From assembly GCF_006345805.1 (NCBI RefSeq), contig NW_021824295.1, positions 1 to 20,340 of the forward strand: a stretch of DNA of 20,340 bases. The letters run 5' to 3'. This document shows positions 10,978 through 20,340 of this stretch, one piece after another (the stretch's first letter is position 1; every line of letters begins with the position of its first letter). Origin of the DNA: Octopus sinensis. Its lineage: Eukaryota. Position numbers and translations under genes: made by a program. Under the pieces are notes generated by a model. That model saw only the letters and a list, made by a program, of their open reading frames with translations, searched no databases and was not told the origin of the DNA.

Positions 10978-11538
10978 TGGGTTGTCTGGAAAGTTCATGC
11001 TGATTTATAGTAGCTTATATTTCGACTTATTTTCGAATATGGTTGCGTCCATAAAATAGGATTTGACTACACCTCCATTTAGAGCACAGTTTAAGTTATC
11101 TTTTCGTGGAAGAATGTTTATATTCCTATAACCTGTATTAATTCTGTAACCCTTTGAAATGGAAGATAAGAAAGTTCATTTTCGACACTTGATGCTTTGG
11201 GGAACCAGACAACAATTCCTGCAGCTCGGCTGGTACGTGTTACTCCACCCTCCATATTCCCCCAGATATTACTCCTTCGGATTTTCACTTATTCAGGTCT
11301 CTGCAGAATAGTCCTAATGGTAAAAATTTCAATTCCTTTGATGATGTAAAAAGATACCTTGATGAATTCTTTGCCATGAAACCACCTCATTTCTGGGAAG
11401 AGGGTATTTTCAAGTTAAAGGAAGATGGAGACGCATCTTACAACAAAATGGTTCATATTTGGATGATTAAAAATGTAATGGCAGGTATTTATTGACCTTT
11501 TTCTTTCCTTTAAAAATCAGCAAAAATTTTCCGGACAA

Positions 11539-11542
<4 letters not shown>
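10978..11542 (+). mobile_element. Internally deleted mariner transposon
   Basis: ~29-bp imperfect TIRs (TGGGTTGTCTGGAAAGTTCATGCTGATTT / AAATCAGCAAAAATTTTCCGGACAACCAA) with TA on both sides. Transposase start MEDKKVHFRHLMLW (ATG 11159) joins directly to LGWYVLLHPPYSP; after a frameshift, SDFHLFRSLQN. Confidence 0.93.
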
Positions 11543-11591
<49 letters not shown>

Positions 11592-11624
11592 CCACACACA
11601 CACACATATATATGTATGTATGGG

Positions 11625-11865
11625 TGTGTGTGGATGTTGGGTGTGTTGTGATGTGCGTGCCCCCTCCCCTCATCACCATTTGACAACCGGTGCTGGGTGT
11701 TTACATCTCCAGAACTTAGTGATTTAAAAAGAGGTTGACAGAATAAGCAGTATGCTTAAGAAATAAGTCCCGTGGTCGTTTTGTTTGACTAAAACCCTAA
11801 AACCCTTCAAGCCAGTGCTCCGGCATGGCCGCAATCAAATGACAGAAACAAAGAATAAAGGTAAA
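11625..11865 (+). mobile_element. 3' half of a SINE (degraded)
   Basis: TTGACAACCGGTGCTGG...GAATAAG...GCCAGTGCTCCGGCATGGCCGCAATCAAATGACAGAAAC resembles a common octopus SINE tail; CAGCATGGCCACAGCGACTGAAAC near 13880 and 14525 is similar. Confidence 0.6.
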
Positions 11866-12201
11866 AAGGACCCCTTTAATTATTATTTTATTCTGGTGGA
11901 CCCCACTCCAACCGCCACTCAATGTTTAATGACTAATTTTATAGATACTTCTTCCAAAAGTCCTATTTTGTTTGTCACACATTAACTTGTGTAGTTTGAA
12001 CCATGTAAAACGTCAGGGAAAGAAATTTAGCTGTTTCTTACAAGAAATACACTTGAAACAGAATATTTTTCATTGATCCTTCAAACACTTCTGTGATTCC
12101 CCAGTTTACTATTTTGCTTGCGTGGACTCACCAAAAAGGCTTATAGAGCCTCTCCCAACTTCCCCGGGAGTCATATATACAGCATGGCTGAGAACCACTG
12201 T
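11866..12201. mobile_element. Possible hAT-type MITE fragment
   Basis: Ends in GAGAACCACTG (reverse CAGTGGTTCTC, a Charlie-like hAT terminus) and has GGACCCC subterminal motifs. A similar end, TTGAGAACCAATG, lies near 4546-4558. The partner TIR was not found. Confidence 0.35.
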
Positions 12202-12519
12202 TCCAGAAAGCCTTCAAGGCATTTCAGAAAATCATGTTTCCCCTCTCATGTGTCCATAGACTTTATAACTTCTGTGCATCTTCCACAGAGAAACACTACT
12301 TTCATGGCGGGGATCTTTTATTATTTGGTTCGCCATGATCAAGTTTCTTGTCGTTCACATTCCCTTCAAAAAACAGTTTATTGAGTTGTTTAAAGAAAAG
12401 CGTTTACTCTGTTGTCAATACGACTATTATTAATTGTGCAGTTTGTCTGAGTGGCTTTGTTTGGTAAGGTGACATATATATTTTTTCGGCAAATTTAGGT
12501 TGCTGACATAATTGCTTCT

Positions 12520-12860
12520 CGTAAGTATGTATGGGTGTGTGTGCCTGTACGTATGTATGTGTGGATTAGGAACATATGTATGTATGCTTGCATGTGGGTG
12601 TTCATAGTTGTATGTGCATGTGTATGTGTGTGTGGGTGAGTGTATGTGTGTATTACCATTGAAAATAGGGATGGAATTACACTCAGCTGGAATTCCACAC
12701 AGGTTAAAAAAATAAGTGATATGAGGTGTCTGTATACTTTCCCAATTGTGCAAACGTTGACAGAGAGAGAGAGAGAGAGAGAGTGAGAGAGAGAGAGACG
12801 ACAGACAGACAGACAATGAGAGACAGACAGGCAATGAGAGACAGACAGAGACAGAGAAAA
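12520..12860. repeat. Degenerate (GT)n/(TATG)n and (GA)n/(GACA)n microsatellites
   Basis: Directly visible. Confidence 0.85.
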
Positions 12861-13020
12861 GGAGACAGTGATATTTATCGCAGCCTTACACGAGTGTAAA
12901 GTATTATTACCCAAAAATGAATTCTAGATAATGTTTCATTTTGAGTATTATGACATAATCACGACCAGATTATATCATAATACTGAGATTATATCATAAC
13001 GCTGACATTATATCAAAACA

Positions 13021-13092
13021 CTATATATATAATAATATATATATATATATATATGTATATATAATATGTATATAAATAATATATGTATATTA

Positions 13093-13187
<95 letters not shown>

Positions 13188-13205
13188 GCACAACACACAC
13201 ACACT
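13021..13205. repeat. (TA)n microsatellite
   Basis: Directly visible. Confidence 0.95.
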
Positions 13206-13694
13206 ATCATGGTCAAATATTCGAAGTTTGATCCTGATCGTACCATTTTTCTTTCTGATTTTACAGTGTAAGCATGGCCGCTCCACTAGCAATGACCCCC
13301 ACCCATCATTTCCACGCTGTGTTTTAAAAAATTTTCTCCCCACAAATTTCTCTATAATCATGATCTATGCCGTTTGAAAGGGATTTGCATAAATTTTCAT
13401 TAAAAGATACCCATCTTCCTGAAAGTTATGAGGGGAAAAAGTCAAATCTTGTGAATTTTCCAAAACTTCTCTCTCTGCCGCCTCGGAAAAATGCTTTCTC
13501 ATAAATCCCTAAATACTCTGAAGCCACAACATCTAAGCGGTATTTGTAGAAAATTTTGTTAAAAGGGATCCCCTTTTCTGGATATCATGGGGCAACAAAA
13601 TCGGGGGCGTATACATCTGTAGTAAGGCCCTTTTATTTATACGACTTTTCCTTTTCTTGTTTATTTCATTCATTGTTTGCAAAGTTCTCCCCCA

Positions 13695-13699
<5 letters not shown>

Positions 13700-13729
<30 letters not shown>

Positions 13730-13768
13730 CTCTCTTTCTCTCTCTCTCCTTCTCTCTCTTTCTCTCTT

Positions 13769-13816
<48 letters not shown>

Positions 13817-14284
13817 TCACTGCAAGGCTTACAAAATGGCTATTGAACTGACATTTCTATGCTACTTTGAGGGGAAGTGTACAGCATGGCCACAGCGACT
13901 GAAACAAATAAAAGATATTTAAAATAATAATCACCTGCTCCTGACGTTGATGTCCTTTAAACTCCCTTCAATCCTGAACAAGTAGACCCATAGGTTCAAA
14001 TAGACGTCTTAGCTGTGACCATCACCTCTTATTTTAAACCACTGTGTATCTAGGGATACATAATCCAATGTGCCTAGATTAATTATCTCTTCATTTTTTA
14101 AACACGGTTGATATAAATGTGGAAAACTGGATTTTTCTCCTTCATTTCCTCACGAAAACTACACACTGAATGAATATCGAGGTGAGTTATTCCCCTCTCC
14201 CTGTCACAGTCTAATTACTCTATCGACGCTGTTGATTCGTCTCCTTTCTTCTTCTCATATCTCGCTTCATTCCCTCTATTTTCA

Positions 14285-14326
<42 letters not shown>

Positions 14327-14985
14327 CTCTCTTCTCTCTTTTTCTCTCTTTCTCTTTCTCTTCTCGCCTTCTTCTCTCTCTCTCTTCTCTTCTCTCCTCT
14401 CTCTCTTCTCTCTTCTCTCTCCTCTCTCTTTCTCTCTCTCTCTCTCTCACACACACACACTCACTGCAAGGCTTACAAAATGGCTATTGAACTGACATTT
14501 CTATGCTACTTTGAGGGGAAGTGTACAGCATGGCCACAGCGACTGAAACAAATAAAAGATATTTAAAATAATAATCACCTGTCCTGACGTTGATGTCCTT
14601 TAAACTCCCTTCAATCCTGAACAAGTAGACCCATAGGTTCAAATAGACGTCTTAGCTGTGACCATCACCTCTTATTTTAAACCACTGTGTATCTAGGGAT
14701 ACATAATCCAATGTGCCTAGATTAATTATCTTCTTCATTTTTTAACAACAGCGGTTGATATAAATGTGGAAAAACTGGATTTTTCTCCTTCATTTCCTCA
14801 CGAAAACTACACACTGAATGAATATCGAGGTGAGTTATTCCCCTCTCCCTGTCACAGTCTAATTACTCTATCGACGCGCTGTTGATCGTTCTCCTTTTCT
14901 TCTCACTATCTCGCTTCAATATTCCTCTATTTTCATCTCTCTCTCCTCTCTCTCTCTCTTCTTTTCTCTCTCTCTCTCTCTCTCT
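13700..14985. repeat. Tandem duplication with ~644-bp period, bounded by (CT)n tracts
   Basis: TGCAAGGCTTACAAAATGG starts at both 13821 and 14465; the unique parts 13803-14285 and 14449-14940 are near-identical. Confidence 0.92.
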
Positions 14986-15026
14986 CATTCATGGGACATG
15001 CTTCCAATCATCACTGTCAAAAGCAC

Positions 15027-15027
<1 letters not shown>

Positions 15028-15078
<51 letters not shown>

Positions 15079-15107
15079 CCTATCTATCTATCTATCTATC
15101 TATCTAA

Positions 15108-15143
<36 letters not shown>

Positions 15144-15144
15144 A

Positions 15145-15195
<51 letters not shown>

Positions 15196-15224
15196 ATATC
15201 TATCTATCCATCTATCTATCTATA

Positions 15225-15271
<47 letters not shown>

Positions 15272-15294
15272 TTATCTTTCTATCTATCTCTCTA

Positions 15295-15325
<31 letters not shown>

Positions 15326-15394
15326 ATCTATCTATCTATCTATCTATCTATCTACCTACCTATCTATATATCTATCTATCTATCTATCTATCTA

Positions 15395-15426
<32 letters not shown>

Positions 15427-15428
15427 TG

Positions 15429-15465
<37 letters not shown>

Positions 15466-15505
15466 GGCATCTATTATCTATTCTATCTATCTATCTATCT
15501 TCTAC
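15028..15505. repeat. (TATC)n microsatellite
   Basis: Directly visible. Confidence 0.95.
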
Positions 15506-15593
15506 TTTTTTTCGTATATCTTTCCTGTATCTGTCTAGTATTTAGTGCTATCAGAGAGACTATGTGACATTTCAAATGCTGTATGCACGGATC

Positions 15594-15775
15594 TCAACGC
15601 CTACCTCCTTTATCTCTTCTCAGGTAGAGAAACCTGTCGATATCACTATTTCTGTGGAGATTTCTGGTTGACGTCAGAACCTTGCGGGTGTTAATGTCTA
15701 TGCAGTGGATTTCTTCTACAGACCAGTCATGTGTCCCAAATGTCGGAATTGTTCCACGAATTTACGTATTCAATG
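15594..15775 (-). mobile_element. Fragment of an R4/Dong-like (RLE-clade) non-LTR retrotransposon RT
   Basis: Minus frame reads PTFGTHDWSVEEIHCIDINTRKVLTSTRNLHRNSDIDRFLYLRRDKGGR, matching the D..TRK.L....LH..SD.DRLYL.R..GGRGL post-RT motif of such elements. Not in the ORF track. Confidence 0.72.
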
Positions 15776-15825
<50 letters not shown>

Positions 15826-15972
15826 AATTTCTCTTCCTAGTTGAGAATCGAATTTCCAATCTAAAACATCTCTCTTGCCATTCCACCTATCGTTCTGTCA
15901 ATAAGGGAACCATGATTAAGGTATTTCCCTCTAGTAACGGTTAGTACTTCGTTGCAGTCGGGGGTCAGCAAT

Positions 15973-16608
15973 TGTAACGGTTTTTGTTGTTAAGGTGTTG
16001 GTTGCCGGTGTGCAAGATGGGAGAAGAACTGAGATTGAAGTTGTAAAGAGATATTTATATACCTTTACATTAATATATATCCAAAACCACGACAGGTTGG
16101 TATGTATAATAGTAGGAGCACTCTGTCGGTTACGACGATGAGGTCCCAGCTGATACGATCAACGGAACAGCTTGCTCGTGGAATTAACGTGCAAGTGGCT
16201 GAGCACTCCACAGACACGTGTACCCTTAACGTAGTTCTCGAGGAGATTCAGCGTGACACAGAGTGAGACAAGACTGGCCCTTTGAAATACAGGTACAACA
16301 GAAACAGGAAGAAAGAATGAGAGAAAGTTGTGGTGAAAGAGTACAGCAGGGTTCACCACCACCCCCTGCAGGAGCCTTGTGAAGCTTTAGGTGTTTTCGC
16401 TCAATAAACACTCACAATGCCCGGTCTGGGAATCGAAACCGCGATCTTACGACCGCGAGTCCGCTGCCCTAACCACTGGGCCATTGCGCCTCCGGTATGT
16501 ATAACTGGTTAAATGGAAAAGCATGCAAGGTAAAAAGAGTTAATTTCGGCCGGTATGTGTGTACACGATTTCATAGTAGTATATATAGAGAGAGATGGTA
16601 ATGTTACA
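15973..16608 (-). mobile_element. Putative LTR interrupted by a SINE, with adjacent PBS-like site
   Basis: Termini TGTAAC (15973) and GTTACA (16603-16608). On the minus strand it is followed directly by ATTGCTGACCCCCGAC, close to the TGGTGACCCCGAC PBS common in Gypsy elements. No TSD. Confidence 0.5.
16110..16493 (-). mobile_element. tRNA-derived SINE with target-site duplication
   Basis: Minus strand has A box TGGCCCAGTGG and B box GTTTCGATTCC. TSD GGTATGTATAA at 16099-16109 and 16494-16504. Highly similar to 17845-18226. Confidence 0.92.
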
Positions 16609-17384
16609 AAGAAAAGCAGGTGAGTTAGTGAAAGGGAAAGTGGTGGGAGGAAACAACTGCTTCGTTGGTGAGTTACCATAGTGGTCCCTTTGTTCAGCCG
16701 GTCAGCCAGACTCGGTTCTCACTAACTGACTTTGGCTTGCGGAGTTCTTGTTTTTATAACTATCCCAAACCAGACAGAAGTATAGACACATTGTTGAGAA
16801 CAATAGATTTCGTTGGTGGTACCTTTTATCTCTATTCTAGCTTTTGGTGGCCCAGAAGAGATTATAAGGATCAAGTGGCAAAACCATTATTCTGCTTAGC
16901 GATGGTATCTGGCAAATGTAACTGCTGTCACTCACAGAAAAGAGCTGTTGAACTGTTTAATTAAATTTGGCGATTGCCTTCATGAACCACTGCACTCTCC
17001 TGACCTGTTTTTGATAAGTATTCATTCGTTTGTAAATGACTGTTTATACATTTTCTGCATTTTTCCTGAAACACATATGCAGTCATAACTGCACAAGCAA
17101 CTGTATCGTTCGGTTTTTAGCTCTCCCACATGAAGGTGAGTGTTGTAGAAACTGGAATTTCTCTTCCTAGCTGAGATTCGAAATCGAATCTGAAACTTCT
17201 GTCATGCCATTCCACTTTTCGTCCTGTCAATAGGGGAACCATGAATAAGGTATTTCTCTCTTGACCTGTGAACCGTGAGTATCATAACAAGTTCACGTAC
17301 GATAAGGGTCGACCTACATCCACCCACCCTTTGTTCTCAACGGTGTGTACACCCGTGTAACTATTGTGTATATTGCTATAAATA

Positions 17385-17820
17385 AGGCGGCGAGCTGGCA
17401 GAAACGTTAGCACGCCGGGCGAAAAGCTGAGCGGTATTTCGTCTGCCGTTACGTTCTGAGTTCAAATTCCGCCGAGGTCGACTTTGCCTTTCATCCTTTC
17501 GGGGTCGGTAAATTAAGTACCAGTTACGCACTGGTGTCGATGTAATCGACTTAATCTGTTTGTCTGTCCTTGTTTGTCCCCTCTGTGTTTAGCCGCTTGT
17601 GGGTAGTAAGGAAATAGGTATTTCGTCTGCCGCTACGTTCTGAGTTCAAATTCCGCCGAGGTCGACTTTGCCTTTCATCCATTTGGGGTCGATTAAATAA
17701 GTGCCAGTTACGCACTGGGGTCGATATAATCCACTTATTCTGTTTGCCTGTCCTTGTTTGTCCTCTCTGTGTTTAGCCCCTTTAGATCTAATCCACTTCC
17801 CCAAAATTTCGAGTAGAAAA
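17385..17820 (+). mobile_element. tRNA-derived SINE with internally repeated body
   Basis: Head GGCGGCGAGCTGGCAGAAACG with B box GAGTTCAAATTCC; the body restarts at GGTATTTCGTCTG (~17617). TSD GTATATTG(C/T)TATAAATA at 17368-17384 and 17821-17837. Confidence 0.92.
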
Positions 17821-17844
17821 GTATATTGTTATAAATACAAACAT

Positions 17845-18226
17845 AGGAGCACTCCGTCGTTTACGACGATGAGGGTCCAGCTGATACAATCAACGGAACA
17901 GCTTGCTCGTGCAATTAACGTGCAAGTGGCTGAGCACTCCACAGACACGTGCACCCTTAACGTAGTTCTCGAGGAGATTCAGCGTGACACAGAGTGTGAC
18001 AAGGCTGGCCCTTTGAATTACTGGTACAACAGAAACAGGAAGTAACAGTGAGAGAAAGTTGTGGTGAAAGAGTACAGCAGGGATCACCACCTTCCCCTGC
18101 AGGAGCGTTGTGAAGCTTTAGGTGTTTTCGCTCAGCAAACACTCACAATGCCCGGTCTGGGAATCGAAGCCGCCATCCTACGACCGCGAGTCCGCTAGCC
18201 TAACCACTGGGCCATTGCGCCTCCAC
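17845..18226 (-). mobile_element. tRNA-derived SINE with target-site duplication
   Basis: Same family as 16110-16493. TSD ATAAATACAAACAT at 17831-17844 and 18227-18240. Confidence 0.92.
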
Positions 18227-18644
18227 ATAAATACAAACATTTGGAGAAACAACAGAGAGAGAGAGAGAGAGAGAGAGAGCAGGCCGACCGGTTCCAAATA
18301 CCGTCTCGACAGAACGTCATAGAGGGACAGCTATGGAATTCCCCAACGATGCAGTTGTCCTGTCCACCCCTCTCTTACTTTCTTACCCACTCACTTTCAT
18401 TTCGACATCATCACTTGATTTATTTATGTACGGCTGCTAGAACGCTATCCACCCTTTCACTAGAAAATATATCTCTCGTTACCTCGTATGCTATCCAACT
18501 GTTTTCATACACGTCTACCCGTCGTGGTTGGCTGTAATTATATGTAGTGGAGAAATAATACGTTATTCACCACTTCGGCCACTGTCTTTCTTTCGTGAAA
18601 TCAACATCATCTTCGTCTTCCAGCATATGGCATTATCCGCTACA

Positions 18645-19362
<718 letters not shown>

Positions 19363-19569
19363 GAAATAGAAAGATGAATAATCTTGTTGCAGATTAATCA
19401 AAAGTTTAACCGATACCTTGGTAGCAAAAATCACAGCAGAAGACAGCACGGTTGGAGGTACAACCATATGGTGTTGCAACCGTGCGTTGGTGCGGATAAT
19501 TGAATTTTAATATTATTAGTTATTGAAGAAATGGAGTTGAACGAAGATTGAACAGAAATCGTTTTATTG

Positions 19570-19655
19570 CATTCTACACGTGTTCGAAAGGCACAATTTA
19601 CCAAATTCCGATTGAATAAGGAGACCATATTGTGTCTTTCTCTTCAGGAAGAAAA
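19570..19655 (-). ncRNA. Degenerate minimal hammerhead ribozyme in Penelope-like 3' region
   Basis: CUGAAGA (19647-19641), stem II GAAAG-A-CACAA/UUGUG-C-CUUUC, then GAA (one A short of GAAA), palindrome ACACGUGU and GUA triplet (19577-19575). Confidence 0.6.
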
Positions 19656-19739
19656 TAGGAAATCCGTTGGAAAAAACAAAAACAGAACAGAGGCGGAGCA
19701 AAACAAATCGAACGCGGCTCCTTCTGCCTATAACCGGCC

Positions 19740-20134
19740 TTGGATAGTGCGGCGTTATAAAATTCCGCTTTCTGCATAAAAATATCGGCACTAGCGGACA
19801 AGCCAGACAATCTTAGAGAGATGTGTTTAACCAATTGTCTGTTACGGTTTTGGCATGATTGGAGAAACACTGACATACTTCAAATTAGTGGAAGGCTTAT
19901 GGTAAGGGCAGTATGAGTCGCTATTAGGTTAAGTGTAACGTCTAGGAAATTTGCCTTGGTGAGTTCATTATCAAAAACTATATTCATGCCCATTCTATTA
20001 AAAAACCTAGCTAACCTGCTCTTAGTTTTCTGCACTATTCTGTTCGTGGTGTTTTGCAGGTAAAACAGACAATCGTCACGATACAGGCCGCCCGCGATCT
20101 CCGGGAATTGGTCGGACAACATATAAATGCACAT
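19740..20134 (-). mobile_element. Penelope-like element RT fragment (frameshifted)
   Basis: GLYRDD catalytic motif and ANFLDVTLNL, then shifted frames YCPYHKPS and ISLRLSGLS...FYNAALSKAGY, typical of the PLE RT C-terminal half. Confidence 0.85.
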
Positions 20135-20225
20135 ATGAATACGTGCCCAAACAGGGTGTTAAAGGTTCAGGCATCTGCGCCCCTATTCAAACCCCACCAA
20201 AGAACTCCGACACATGTATCAGCCG

Positions 20226-20284
20226 TACACGCCTACCAACCCCTTAACACCCTACACGCCTACCAACCCCTTAACACCCTACAC
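20226..20284. repeat. 27-bp tandem repeat (2.2 copies)
   Basis: TACACGCCTACCAACCCCTTAACACCC twice, plus TACAC. Confidence 0.95.
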
Positions 20285-20340
20285 ATATTTCTACCCAACA
20301 GATTCGCATTCTTATAGCCAAACGTAAGAATTTAGAGACC

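Noticed and set aside
12965-13020. Three ~19-bp units containing ATTATATCA
   Set aside because: Short degenerate AT-rich tandem; not CRISPR-like (no unique spacers, eukaryotic context)
13205-13690. Repeat-looking segment with motifs reminiscent of Helentron/DINE-like elements
   Set aside because: No termini, TSD or second copy in the window to support a call
16665-16964. 99-aa plus-strand ORF
   Set aside because: No recognisable motif or splice context; it lies among TE remnants
17168-17205. CTGA-GATTCG/CGAATC-TGAAAC hairpin resembling a hammerhead
   Set aside because: The core lacks the NGA of CUGANGA and there is no stem III
16110-18226. tRNA-like A/B boxes as possible tRNA genes
   Set aside because: They are SINE heads with long bodies and TSDs, not complete cloverleaf tRNAs

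Overview
This is AT-rich, repeat-dense animal genomic DNA. The SINE families and microsatellite load resemble an octopod (Octopus) genome; that is recognition from memory, not a database result. The one clear host gene is on the minus strand. Three GT-AG exons (7380-7201, 5691-4666, 3735-3579) splice in phase into a 454-aa open N-terminal part of a STAND-class NB-ARC-like NTPase (Walker A GLPYVGKT, Walker B ICIFDD, GLP motif, MHD-like VQELIR) followed by helical, possibly TPR-like sequence, i.e. an NLR-like protein. It appears to lack an N-terminal effector domain, and no stop codon is reached in the window. The rest is mobile DNA: a CR1/L2-type LINE tail, a Helitron (PIF1 helicase remnant with hairpin-CTAG end), a decayed Gypsy pol with PPT/LTR, an internally deleted mariner, an R4/Dong-like RT fragment, a Penelope-like RT fragment, and several tRNA-derived SINEs with TSDs. 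There are also two minimal hammerhead ribozyme motifs, a ~590-bp palindrome, two tandem duplications and long microsatellites. Most ORFs in the supplied track are microsatellite or repeat artefacts.
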